The notes beneath the pieces were generated by a model that saw only the letters and a program-made list of their open reading frames with translations, had not been told where the DNA came from and did not search any database. Shown here in pieces: positions 1 through 10,367 of a stretch of DNA of 64,000 bases. A program made the translations under genes and the position numbers. Every line of letters starts with the position of its first letter. Position 1 is the first letter of the stretch. Source of the DNA: an uncultured Planctomycetota bacterium (lineage in GTDB: Bacteria > Planctomycetota > Planctomycetia > Isosphaerales > Isosphaeraceae); NCBI GenBank assembly GCA_963823665.1, contig CAWGMQ010000003.1:192001-256000 (forward strand), in the 5' to 3' direction.

Positions 1-1313
1 ATCGCTGCCGGAAGCGGTTTATGCTTCAGGAAACGAGCGAACCGATCCCACGTCATCCGACGGCCGCGCCGCGGCGCGACAGCCAGTGCTGCCAGAGCCA
101 GGTGGCACCACTGCGAAACCGTGACAACATTTTGGAGTTGCCGGTGATTCCGTAGTAGGCATAGTGGCCTAGCAGTTTCTGACCTAGTATCCGGTGCTGC
201 ACCTTGAGCGGTTGATGGCGATTTTTGCGACACCAATCCGCCAACGTTCGCAGGCTGCGGCGAAATCGACTTTTGGACGTCTTGCGCTTCACCACCCAGC
301 GACCCTGCCGGGAGCGACCCCAGTAATGCGTGAACGCCAGCAGGTCGAAAGTCCCTGGTGGAGTTCGTGTGGGTCTGCCTTCCGGTTTGGGACGGTCCGA
401 TGGCCGCTCGAACGGCACCAGCCGCGTCTTGTCCGGGTGGATGGTCAAGCCGTACTTCTCAAAGCGTTTGGGCAACACATTCATCACACGCCGTGCGTCG
501 GACTCGCATGAGAAGACCATGACGAAGTCGTCCGCATAGCGGATCAAGAACGATCTGCCCATCATCCGAGGCTGAACCTCCCGCTCGAACCACTCGTCCA
601 GCACGTAGTGCAGGAAGATATTCGAAAAGGATCGGGCTGATCACACCCCCTTGTGGCGACCCCATTTCGGGGTGCGTAACGCACCCGTTCTCGAAGACGC
701 CCGCATTGAGCCATTTGCCGATGAGCCGGAGCAGCACTCCGTCTCGCACCCGACGCTTGAGGAAGTCGCGTAGATGGCCGTGGTCAATCGTGTCAAAGAA
801 CTTACGAATGTCCACATCCACTACCCATCCGCCCTTCATGTTCATCGTCTGTTGCCACAGGCTCTCTGACGCAGTGTGTGCCGATCGCTCGGGCCGGAAG
901 CCATGCGAGCAGTTCTTGAAGTCCTGCTCGTATATCGCCTCCAGAACCATCACGACAGCACGCTGGAGCACTTTATCCTCGAAGGTCGGGATTCCCAGTG
1001 GCCGGGTTTCGGTCGCTGAGCCTGCCTTGGGGATATGCACTCGCCGCACAGGCGGTGCGTGGTACGTACCGGACTTGGCTCGTTCCAGCAGCGACCGTAG
1101 GTTCGGGACCAGGTTCGCTGCGTAGGCCTCGCCATCTTGTCCGTCTACGCCCACCGCCCCGTCTTGGCGGGTCCGGTAGTAAGCTGTGAGCAGCCAATCG
1201 AGGTCGATGAAGTGCCCCAGGGATGTGAATCCCATCTCCGGGCTTCGCCGAGCGAGTTCCGCTATCCGTTGTTGTTTCGTGGACACGTCCACGGGTTCCG
1301 ATGCACCCGCCAT
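1..1313 (-). CDS. ltrA: Group II intron reverse transcriptase/maturase, split by apparent indels (~626, ~70, ~42)
   Basis: Motifs [51 protein letters not shown]. Removing one T at ~626 restores [17 protein letters not shown]. Confidence 0.92.
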
Positions 1314-1892
1314 GTTTCCCTCCAACGGTTGTGTGACATGGCGTCTCCTTCCCTCCACCGGGTCCCTCGGAGTGGTTCCCCGGCTTCAACGGTACTACGA
1401 GACGCTCCGACTCCCATCCGCCCCTTTCGCCGCACTTCGTTGCCTTCGTGTGGCGATACCACCCTTGCGTCCTGTTCGCTCCCAGCGACCCGACGCGGGG
1501 TCGTGGGCCGGGGAGTTGGTATTCCGGATCCCGAGCCGGAAATGTCAGTGGAGACGGATGGGGCTCTCAGGTTCCCGAGCAACCCTCGCGTCCCTGCGCC
1601 ATGTTCTTGGACCCCGGCAGGACCGAACACGCCAGGCCATTGCGGCGTGTCGACACGGCCCCCGCTTGTGTCTACAACGGAGGCTCCCACGATGAGTATT
1701 TCGGGGCTCGATAGCATGGCATGGAGACTCGCTGTCTACGCTTCGCAGTGAGGGTCACCCCTCCCCACGCAAGACTTGCTTCCGGCTGCCGGCCAGGCTC
1801 TGCCGGGCGGGATTCGTTAACCCGCAGGGTCGCGATGAAAGGTTTCTGTGTTTCGAGGCACTTCCTCCTTTCTCGAGCTTTTCCTGACGCAA
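1..1892 (-). mobile_element. Group II intron B (RT-encoding); 3' end lies outside the window
   Basis: 5' end TTGCGTCAGG at 1892 (GUGYG variant) follows exon GGGTGTCT. EBS1 AGACAC lies in a hairpin loop (1668-1673) and is complementary to the exon end GTGTCT. RT ORF lies inside. Confidence 0.9.
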
Positions 1893-1926
1893 AGACACCC
1901 ATCGTCTGCGGAGCGTCGGGGATGTT
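1893..1926 (-). repeat. 34-nt unit acting as the exon between the two introns
   Basis: AACATCCCCGACGCTCCGCAGACGATGGGTGTCT, near-identical to the units at 2659-2718. Confidence 0.9.
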
Positions 1927-2658
1927 GCCGGGTCGCCCTGGCGGATCGCTCCGCCAGGGCTCCCACTGATCCGGACGTGCCCAATTAAGGCATCCGGCTC
2001 GTCATGTCGCGGCGTCGCTGTCCCTCACACGATCTGGTCGCCTCGCGGTGACGCGCTCTGAGGTCCAATGCCCTCGGCGTGGTTCCGGCTTCCAGTCCGC
2101 GACACGGTACCCCCTTCGCTCCACAGGGTCTGGGAGGGCCCATTCCCCCGCTTCACTGCTACTACGGAGCACTCCGACTCCCGTCCGCCCATTTCGCCGA
2201 ACTTCGTTGCCTTCGTTTGGCGATACCACCCTTGCGTCCTGTTCGCTCCCAGCGACCCGACGCGGGGTCGTGGGCCGGGGAGTTGGTATTCCGGTTCCCG
2301 AGCCGGAAATGTCAGCGGAGACGGATGGGGCTCTCAGGTTCCCGAGCAACCCTCGCGTCCCTGCGCCATGTTCTTGGACCCCGGCAGGACCGAACACGCC
2401 AGGCCATTGCGGCGTGTCGACGCGGCCCCCGCTTGTGTCTACAACGGAGGCTCCCACGATGAGTATTTCGGGGCTCGATAGCATGGCATGTGGACTCGCT
2501 GTCTACGCTTCGCAGTGAGGGTCACCCCTCCCCACGCAAGACTTGCTTCCGGCTGCCGGCCAGGCTCTGCCGGGCGGGATTCGTTAACCCGCAGGGTTGC
2601 GATGAAAGGTTTCTGTGTTTCGAGGCACTTCCTCCTTTCTCGAGCTTTCCTGACGCAA
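1927..2658 (-). ncRNA. ORF-less group II intron A (~732 nt, complete ribozyme)
   Basis: 5' TTGCGTCAGG at 2658; EBS1 at 2435-2440; domain V GAGCCGGATGCCTTAATTGGGCACGTCCGGATC (1968-2000); domain VI hairpin ending GCGACCCGGC with A at -7; no RT ORF. Confidence 0.88.
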
Positions 2659-2718
2659 AGACACCCACCGTCTGCGGAGCGTCGGGATGTCAGACACCCA
2701 CCGTCTGCGGAGCGTCGG
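2659..2718 (-). repeat. Tandem 33-nt units (one full, one partial)
   Basis: agacacccaccgtctgcggagcgtcgg repeated at 2659 and 2692; each unit has self-complementary ends GACATCC/GGGTGTC. Confidence 0.9.
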
Positions 2719-2829
2719 CCACTCGCCTTCTGCGTGCTGGAAATGACCGGAGGCCGTGGTTTTGCGCCGAACGTGCGAGCCGCGAATGAATGGAATGCGG
2801 GGGACCGTAACAAAAGGATGGGTGTCTGG
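2691..2829. mobile_element. ~140-bp inverted-end element, family A copy 1 (REPIN/MITE-like)
   Basis: Ends CAGACACCCA and TGGGTGTCTG; interior closely matches 12471-12609. Confidence 0.75.
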
Positions 2830-2933
2830 AACCTCTGGAACCTCTTGAGATCGGGTCCCACTCCTAGCTCCTCGGCCGGGTCGGCCCGCAGCCATTTACA
2901 CCGTAATAATTGGGCCGCAACCGATGTCAGCCC

Positions 2934-4955
2934 TCACTTCTCCGGCTGTAATAGCCGCCCGGCCAGGAGTGCCTCGGCCTCTTTTAAGAGACTTTGTGCT
3001 TCTTGATCTCGCGCCGATTGCGGCTTCTGCATCGTCTCGCTCAACTGATTCAGGCTCGCCTGCGCCCGGTCCTTCTCACCCATCTGGTACCGGGCCATCG
3101 CCCGAAAGGCCAGGTCCGCGGGAGCGTGAGCCCCTTGAGCCGCCTGGTTGAGTTCGTCCGCGCCGTCAGCGTGGCCAGGGCCTCCTGGTAGCTCCCCAGG
3201 CGGTACTGGGCCATCCCCAGAGTGGTGTGGTAGGAACCCTCGAACGGAATAAGGCGGCAGGCGATTTCCGCCTGCTGAATCGCCCGTCGGTACGCGGCGG
3301 CTCCAGCGCCCGGCCGAGAGGCGACCGCCCGACTGGCCCGGTCAAGGTAGTGCGGGGATTCCCCGAATCGCTGCGCCAGGGCCAAGGCCTCTTGCCGTAC
3401 AGATTCGCTAAGGACAGGATCGGCGCGGAGGTGTGCGAGGATCTCAGACCGGAACAGAGCCTTGTAGATGAGAGACTTCACCGCTTTCTCGGCCTCCTGA
3501 CGGACGCGGTTTCGCCAAAACGGCTCGACCAGGGCAAGAGCTTGCTGCCGCACGGCGTCGCTGACCGCGTAGTCTCTGAGCCGGGCCGACATCGCCTCCG
3601 GGGCCGGCGATTGGGCGAACAGGTACCTGACCAGGCTTGCCGCCTGCCGCTGTTCGGCAAGTTCCGCGTCCAGGGGGGACCCTTCCCAGATCGTCACGCC
3701 CTCGTCTCCGCTGACCGCGAGGCGCCGGCCACCGCGATCGAACGCCACACGGTGGAACTGGGCCGGCGCCCGCGCAGGGTAAGGATTTCCTGTCCGGTGA
3801 GGGAGTCCCAGAGCTTCACTTCACCGGAGAGATGCCCTCCCTTGCTCACCCCGCCCGCGGCGGTGACAAGCCGCCGGCCGTCAGGACTAAATGCCACCCC
3901 AGTCACGGCGCTCGTATGTCCGCGGAGAGTAAGGAAGGTCTCTCCGGTGACCGCGTCCCAGACCTTGACCGACCCGTCCAGACTCGCGGCGGCGAGCCGC
4001 GAGCCGTCGGAACTGTACGCCATGCGTGTGACAGATCCCTCGAGGCTGGGCAGCGTGAGGATCTCCTGTCCCGTGGCCGGGTTCCAGACACGCACGGTCC
4101 CGCCCGCACTCGTGGCCAGGCGCTCACGGCCGGGGCGAAAGGTCACGTGGGCGAGCCCGGCGTCTCTGCCAGGCCCGGTTCGCCCCGGAAGTGTCATGAC
4201 CGTCTGCCCCGTGCTCATGTCCCAAATCACGACCTCGCCGGGAACGAGCCGTCCTCCCCTCGCCACCTCGCGGCTAATGGAAGCGAGCCGCTGACCGTCG
4301 GGGCTAAAGGCCACAGCGCGAACAGAAGCGGTGTGTCCGCGTAAACAGAAGATTTCGACGCCAATCGTCGCATCCCAGACACGTACAGTCCGATCCGCTC
4401 CGGCGGAAGCGATCCGCCGGCCGTCGGGACTGAACGCCAGTCCCAGAACGGTACGGCAATGCCCCGTCAGTCTGAAGACCTCCAGCCCCGTGGTTGTATC
4501 CAGGATACAAACAGTGTTATCCGTGCCGGCCACGGCCAACTTCCGGCCGTCCGGGTCAAACGTCATATCGTTTATGGTGCCGACGGCCGAGCTCAAAGTG
4601 ACGGAATCCATAGCCGCCGTCACATCCCAGAACTTCACGGTGCCGTCCCCACTCCCTGAGGCCAAGCGCCAACCGTCGGGGCTAAACGCCACGCTCGCGA
4701 CAACGTCCTTGTGGCCGCGCAGAACGGCGGCTTCTTGCCCAGTGGTCACGTCCCAGACCGTCACGGTATCGTTCCCACCCGCAGCCGCGAGTCGTCGGCC
4801 GTCCGGGCTAAACGCCAGACCCAGAACTCCATCCACCTTTTGAAACGCCTGGGTTTCTCTCCCAGTGTCCGCGTCCCAGACCTTCACCACCCCATCGTTG
4901 CTGCCCGAAGCGAGTCGGTGGCCGTCGGGGCTAAACGCCACGCTGTTGACCAAGG
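2934..4955 (-). pseudogene. 5'-truncated WD40-repeat protein with TPR-like tail (probably the C-terminal part of a kinase-WD40 protein)
   Basis: Repeated GH...VAFSPDG..LAS...VKVWD; indels near 3765 and 3160; no credible start, homology begins next to a GGGTGTCTGG motif. Confidence 0.8.
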
Positions 4956-5328
4956 GGGTTTCCAGACACCCACGCACAGCCCTGAAATCGCAACATGTCG
5001 AGCACAACCATGCCGATGCCGTTACATGCACACCAAGTTGCTTCAAACCCCGAGAGGTGCGGTGCGGGCGTCTAACCGTTACTCCGAATTCCGAGAAACG
5101 AGGCCGACTCTGACCACAATTCTGTTGCGAGGGAGGATTTGCACGCCTCGTTTGACGCGGCCCACATGCGGCTGGTGCTGGTCAATGTGCCCCGGAATCC
5201 TGGTGATCTCGCACCTGTTCATCCAGGCCTGGGGGGAGAAAGCCTTGTGTCGGCCTGGGCTGGGGGTCTAAAATCCGAAATGAGCTTCGCGACGAAGAGT
5301 TCTAACTCATTCGAGGAGTGATTCGGAG

Positions 5329-6057
5329 ATGCCGTTGCTCGATCATTTTCATGCCCCTCTTCACCCGCAACGGCACTGGGAGGCGTTTCACTCGCGTTGG
5401 GCCAGCGCAATTGCCGACGCGCTGAACGCGGATCTCTTGCCGCCGGATTATTTCGCCGAGCCTGAAACACACGCCACCGGCCGGGTAGAAATCGACGTAG
5501 CGACGTTCGAAGCGCCCGGCGAGGAGGGGGCCGGCGGAGGGCTGGCCACGGCGACGCTCCCGACGCGCGTCTGGAGCGCTCCGCCAGCGGCCCTCTCGAT
5601 GCCCTGCGTATTTTCAGGGGCGTTTCGCGTGCGGGTGTTCCGCAACGAAGGCGGCGCGGTTCTCGTCGGCGCGATCGAGCTCGCCAGCCCGGGCAACAAA
5701 GACCGCGCCGGAGAGCGGCGCGCATTTGCGGCCAAGTGCGCGAACTATCTCTATGAAGGCGTGAGCCTGGTTGTTCTGGACGTCGTTACCAACCGCCATG
5801 GAAACCTGCACAATCAGGTTGTCGACTTGATGCAGTGCGACTCAACCTTTCACTTCGGCCGTGAGGAATCGCTCTATGCCGTCGGGTATCGGCCGGTCCG
5901 CCGCGAGTCGGCCGACGTCGTCGATGTGTGGCCGACGGAGCTTTTTCTGGGGCAACCTCTGCCGACGCTCCCGCTTTATCTGAGTGGCGATGTCTGCGTG
6001 CCGATCGAGCTCGAGGCGACGTACAACGACGCCAGCCGTCGGCTGCGTCTGACTTAG
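5329..6057 (+). CDS. DUF4058-family protein
   Basis: MPLLDHF..P...W..FH..W N-terminus; AIEL.SPGNK; PLPTLPL.L...Y C-terminus. Confidence 0.8.
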   Translation: MPLLDHFHAPLHPQRHWEAFHSRWASAIADALNADLLPPDYFAEPETHATGRVEIDVATFEAPGEEGAGGGLATATLPTRVWSAPPAALSMPCVFSGAFRVRVFRNEGGAVLVGAIELASPGNKDRAGERRAFAAKCANYLYEGVSLVVLDVVTNRHGNLHNQVVDLMQCDSTFHFGREESLYAVGYRPVRRESADVVDVWPTELFLGQPLPTLPLYLSGDVCVPIELEATYNDASRRLRLT

Positions 6058-6139
6058 AGTCTTTCAGATGGTCGTGGCAACGAATCGAGTTCACCTGGCT
6101 GGTTGAACAGGGAGCCCGCTCCAAGGAATCGGAAGGAAA

Positions 6140-6294
6140 GCCAGACACCCAAACTCTGGCGAGCTAGATGCCCGGTCTCTGGAGTGGGTTTTGTTAGAAG
6201 CCAGGCACTCGTAGCTCGCACCCATTCGCGTTCTGCGATCGATGGGTGACGCAAAGACACCCACTTTCCGCAGTGCCATCTGTGGGTGTCTGGC
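6140..6294. mobile_element. ~155-bp inverted-end element, family B copy 1
   Basis: 12-nt inverted ends GCCAGACACCCA/TGGGTGTCTGGC; interior matches 8500-8671. Confidence 0.75.
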
Positions 6295-6341
6295 AACCCG
6301 GAGTTGGTAAGCCGGTGCTCCAGCCGGCCGTCACGATGGAT

Positions 6342-6460
6342 TTGGGCCGAGCCGATCGTGAGAGCGAGCTTCCAAGTCGACCAGCTGAGCTCGAAGGCCA
6401 GATAGAGAATAGGTCCGTTCGCCCTGGTAGACTGTGCGGTGTGAGTCGCTGACACGGTGG
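6342..6460 (-). pseudogene. IS110-family transposase N-terminal remnant
   Basis: SATHTAQST...ILYLAFELSWSTWKLALTIG, typical of an IS110 DEDD-domain start, then truncated. Confidence 0.65.
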
Positions 6461-6577
6461 AGCTCCGTGTTTTAGATTTGAATATGCACATATGGAGCTT
6501 ACCTCCAGCGACTCACGAATCCACACAACCCACCTGTATAGGGTCTGACACCTTTGATCCCTGCGGAGTTTCAACCC

Positions 6578-8266
6578 ATGGGCAATAGAGACACCGCGGA
6601 ACCGAAGGGACGCGATCCCGGAAATGCGGCAGTTCCGCCGCACTCCAGGATCGTGACCTGGTCAGGCAAGCCCGCGGCCAGATGGGCCGCGGTGGGGTTG
6701 GTCTGCGTGATCCTCGCGCTTCCCGCATGGATGCTCAGGGATCATCTCCGCGATTTCATCCTGCTCGTCGACGACTTCGACTACCTCGGCGACGCAAGGG
6801 ACTGGCCGACGACCTGGGCGCATCTGTTCGAGCCGCACAACCTGCATGTCGTCCCGATCTTCCGGCTCTGGACATACGCAGCGATGACACTGGCCGGTCG
6901 GCTGCAGGGCCTGCCCACGGTACTGGCAGTCGCTTCGTATCTATCGTTGGTCGCCGCGATGGTCAGTCTGGGCTATCTCGTGGTGCGAGATACGCGGCAG
7001 CCGGTAGCAGCCCTGGGGGCAATGGCTGCGCTCGGGATATCAACCGTGAGTAATATTACTGTGATCTGGTACTCAGCCACTCAGACTCTGTGGGCGGGTG
7101 CTGCGTGCGTCGTGACGGTCGCGCTGGCGCGAGGCTGGGGCACGAAGGGCGGAGCTGTCAGACTCGCCGCGGTCGCACTCGGCGCGGCCGCAGCTCCAGC
7201 CATCTGGTCGGGCGGGCTTGCCGCCGGGCCGGCGGCGATCGCGTACCTCCTCGTGAGCAAAACACCGCGCCGTCGCTGGCCAGCCCTGCTGCTTCTGGCC
7301 GGTATCACGATGGCGGGCGCCTTGCTGATCACCGCGTCCCCCCGACGACACCTCCGGATCACTGCGAACTTCTGGGAGCAACATCCGGACCTCTGGCCAC
7401 GCCCTGTACAGGCCGTCCTGCACACGGCGCAGGCACTGGTTGAGGCATGTTTCTTCGCCAACCTCGGCGTGGATGCCACCACGACGCCATGGCAGGCCAT
7501 CGCGCTCCTCGTCGCCCTGGCCGCGGTGCACTCCTGGTCCCGGGGCGGACCGGGTCGGATCAGCCCGCTGGAGGCAGCGGGCGCTACGATCGCTGTTGCC
7601 TGCTGCCTGATGGAGTACACTTCGCGCGGGGACACGCCGTATAGCAATCTGCGGCCGGCGGTCTGGTATCACGCAATCCCCCAGGTCGGCGCTGTCCTGT
7701 TCCTTGCGGGTTGGTGGGCCGCGCTACGGGCCGACGGATTTGGGCGGTTCACCCGGGGTCAAGTCACCGGTGTCCTCAGCTTCGTCGTGGTCTTCTCCGC
7801 GATCCATGCGCCGCGCGCGCAGCTTCAGATCATCACCTTAGCGCCTCCTTTTGCCCCGAACGAAGCGGCGGCCTTCCCGACGTCCGAGCTCCGCCTGACC
7901 AGGGCCCTCTACTACAAGGACGAGGTCCATCGGCGGCAGGTCCGCGCGCTCGCGCGCCTGGACCGAGTCGACCGCATCCTCGCCCGTGCGGGCGCCAGCC
8001 CGGAGCTGCTGCGCGACGTCTTTGGTCGGGTGCTGATCCCGGGGATTGCCGAAAAGCAGTATGGTATCGATGCTTTCACCCTGCTGGTCCGGCGGCCAGG
8101 AAACGATAGCCTTCGCGATGCCTTGTCGCCCGCTCGCTCCGAGATCATGGACTTGCTGCAACCCGAGCCCGAGCCGGTGCCTTTCTGGCTGGATCCGGAT
8201 GACCCGCTGGCGCGGGCCGTCCGCGACGTCTCCAAGCAGCCCGCCGAGAAGCCGAGGTCGCGATGA
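6578..8266 (+). CDS. Multi-pass membrane protein (possibly GT-C-like)
   Basis: Many hydrophobic segments; DDFDYL and HLFEPHNLHVVP after the first TM helix. Confidence 0.7.
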   Translation: MGNRDTAEPKGRDPGNAAVPPHSRIVTWSGKPAARWAAVGLVCVILALPAWMLRDHLRDFILLVDDFDYLGDARDWPTTWAHLFEPHNLHVVPIFRLWTYAAMTLAGRLQGLPTVLAVASYLSLVAAMVSLGYLVVRDTRQPVAALGAMAALGISTVSNITVIWYSATQTLWAGAACVVTVALARGWGTKGGAVRLAAVALGAAAAPAIWSGGLAAGPAAIAYLLVSKTPRRRWPALLLLAGITMAGALLITASPRRHLRITANFWEQHPDLWPRPVQAVLHTAQALVEACFFANLGVDATTTPWQAIALLVALAAVHSWSRGGPGRISPLEAAGATIAVACCLMEYTSRGDTPYSNLRPAVWYHAIPQVGAVLFLAGWWAALRADGFGRFTRGQVTGVLSFVVVFSAIHAPRAQLQIITLAPPFAPNEAAAFPTSELRLTRALYYKDEVHRRQVRALARLDRVDRILARAGASPELLRDVFGRVLIPGIAEKQYGIDAFTLLVRRPGNDSLRDALSPARSEIMDLLQPEPEPVPFWLDPDDPLARAVRDVSKQPAEKPRSR

Positions 8267-8398
8267 CCGGGCGAGCCGATTGCCAGTTGACAAACTAGAA
8301 ACTAGACAACTAACTAAGGAAGAAAGGACATGCATTGCATTCTTGACGCGACTCGGCAATTTAGGTGAGCTCCGGCGATCAACGAAGGGCCTGCACCC

Positions 8399-8499
8399 AT
8401 GACGATGCTCCGCGCCCATCTCGTCGATCCCGCCGTAACCCGCTGGTACCACTGCGTCACGCGCTGCGTGCGACGCGCGTTCTTGGTCAGCGAAGGGAA
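8399..8499 (+). pseudogene. RAYT/Y1 HUH transposase N-terminal remnant
   Basis: MTMLRAHLVDPAVTRWYHCVTRCVRRAFL; homology stops at the family B element. Confidence 0.75.
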
Positions 8500-8671
8500 G
8501 CCAGACACCCAGGGAAGCCAGCGGCCCAAACTCTGGCGAGCCAGATGCCCGGTCTCTGGAGTGGGTTTTGTTAGAAGCCAGGCACTCGTAACTCGCGCCC
8601 GTTCGCGTTCTGCGATCGATGGGTGACGCAAAGACACCCACTTTCCGCGGTGCCATCCGTGGGTGTCTGGC
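8500..8671. mobile_element. Inverted-end element, family B copy 2
   Basis: Same sequence as 6140-6294 plus an imperfect ~17-nt duplication at the left end. Confidence 0.75.
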
Positions 8672-8689
8672 AACCTCGCAGCCAGGTCG

Positions 8690-9010
8690 TTACCACTTCG
8701 GTGAGATTGGCGGCAACCAATCGGGATCGTCAACTAGCGCCGAGTGCCCAATGCCAGAAATCAACAGTGCCGTCTCATCCGGAGTGTAACGGTAGAACAG
8801 GACGACGTGGTGAAGTGTTTTGCCAAGCCGGTGCTTGAAGCTGCTCATCATGCCGCCAGGCAGATAAGGAGGCGAAACCACTCGCTGGCCGAGAGTCGAA
8901 GGAGATTCCGCCAAGCGAAGCGCGTGGCCCAACACGGGACGTTGCAGCCAGTCCGGTAGAGCCTTCAGTTCCTTTTTTGCCTTCTCCGTAAATTCAAGCT
9001 CATACTTCAT
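8690..9010 (-). CDS. RelE/ParE-superfamily toxin-like protein
   Basis: MKYELEFTEKAKKELKAL start; ~106 aa; ..HHVVLFYRY...LLISGIGH; start overlaps the upstream stop. Confidence 0.65.
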   Translation of the reverse strand: MKYELEFTEKAKKELKALPDWLQRPVLGHALRLAESPSTLGQRVVSPPYLPGGMMSSFKHRLGKTLHHVVLFYRYTPDETALLISGIGHSALVDDPDWLPPISPKW

Positions 9011-9698
9011 GCTGATCGAGCGAGGCGACAACTTCGTCGAACGAGTGCAACCGGCCTGCGCGTTCGTCCTCCAGGGACTCTAAGATATCCGCTGGCTCAA
9101 GTCCGGGCATGAGGAATTGTTCGCCCGACATCTCGAAGATGCGCCCATCTTCCTCGACGCGAACGGGGCGAGGATTTGGGCGAAGGAATGCTATTACGTC
9201 CGCCCACTGCGCGGCGTTGCGTTCATCGTGAAAGAAGGGGTTGTTTCCCGCGAGTATTTGCTTCGCGTCGATGCAATGGCGCTTAAATTCATCCCCGCCC
9301 TCGACGGACGTCAGAGTCGCGTCAAAGTGGTCGATTTCATTAAGGCAACGTTGGCATGGAGCGGACCACCGGCGGTAAGATTCGAGCATCGACGCTTCTT
9401 CCTTGGGATCGTATAGCGTCTTTCCTTCGAGCACTTCGCGTCGCCAGTTCTGTTCTACCAGACGCATGGATTCGTACAACCAATTTCCGATCGCCAATAC
9501 ACCTTCGAGTCGACGGAGCTTCACCATTTCTTGCCGTTTTTCGGCCGAGCGCTTCCAATTCAAGATTCTTCGACTGAATGTCGCGTGGTCAACCGAAATC
9601 GGAGAATCCAGTTTGGCGGCATAATTCGGCATCTCGCCGACAAAGAATTCGCCGAGTCGGGACGGCGCGATGGATGGGAATAGCGCGGCGACTGACAT
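9000..9698 (-). CDS. Hypothetical protein with antitoxin-like C-terminus
   Basis: GGAGG RBS; ends ILESLEDERAGRLHSFDEVVA; coupled to the toxin gene. Confidence 0.6.
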   Translation of the reverse strand: MSVAALFPSIAPSRLGEFFVGEMPNYAAKLDSPISVDHATFSRRILNWKRSAEKRQEMVKLRRLEGVLAIGNWLYESMRLVEQNWRREVLEGKTLYDPKEEASMLESYRRWSAPCQRCLNEIDHFDATLTSVEGGDEFKRHCIDAKQILAGNNPFFHDERNAAQWADVIAFLRPNPRPVRVEEDGRIFEMSGEQFLMPGLEPADILESLEDERAGRLHSFDEVVASLDQHEV

Positions 9699-9902
9699 GA
9701 CATCCTCCGACGAAACGGGGCGGTGGCGCTTTAGCGCGGGTCAGGGGTCGTTGTCGATCCCTTAACGCTTGATTCGGTTGCTTCGGTGGTCGAATGGTAC
9801 CGGGCATTCGAGCCGGTGTTGGCCAATCGCACTGCCTTCAAGATTGCAGCGCACTGACAGGGTCTTGACTTTGTCTTGACCGTGTCGTTACCGGGAATGT
9901 AC

Positions 9903-9921
9903 CACAATGTGTAACATTGTG
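9903..9921. promoter_or_regulatory. Perfect 8-3-8 inverted repeat, candidate operator
   Basis: CACAATGT-GTA-ACATTGTG in an AT-rich tract upstream of the TA-like pair. Confidence 0.5.
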
Positions 9922-10002
9922 CCACACTATAAGTGTATTGCATATATGGCCCAAGGTAAGCGTGATGCGCTGTGTAACTGATATAGGAGACTGCGTCCCT
10001 AC

Positions 10003-10245
10003 TCAGGATTTCTTCCGCTTGAGGTTGGCTGTGAACTCGCCTCGGGCGTTCTCCAGCTCATTGGCTGCGCTGGTGGCAACGCTCTTGAACCGGAGGTATT
10101 CCGAGAGCCCGTACAGACACACCGACACCAACACCGCCGAACCAATGGCGGTCGCAAAGATTGTCGCCCGCGACCATCTCGAACGGAGGCGATAAAAGTG
10201 GTCTCTGTAAGGGCTTGTTGGTGCGGGGTCTGCAGTGTCATCTGT
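10003..10245 (-). pseudogene. 3' fragment of a membrane-anchored protein gene
   Basis: Open frame ..RWSRATIFATAIGSAVLVSVCLYGLSEYLRF..KRKKS*, beginning at a CAGACACCCA motif. Confidence 0.4.
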
Positions 10246-10367
10246 GGGTGTCTGGCAACTCCGGAAGCGACAGCTTCCCCTCCCTGTTCAGCACGGATCG
10301 TCACGTTATCGGCGGTGCGTGGGGGAACCCAGCGAACCCACACATCCACTCTCCGGACTCGGTTCCG

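Noticed and set aside
1..2658. DGR or retron (RT plus duplicated region)
   Set aside because: The duplication is intron RNA with EBS1 and domain V/VI; the differences are not adenine-specific; the RT has group II intron motifs
1893..2718. CRISPR array
   Set aside because: The units are contiguous or separated by introns, with no unique spacers and no cas genes
1137..2861. Duplicated ORFs within the intron RNA
   Set aside because: Translations of duplicated ribozyme sequence with no protein motifs
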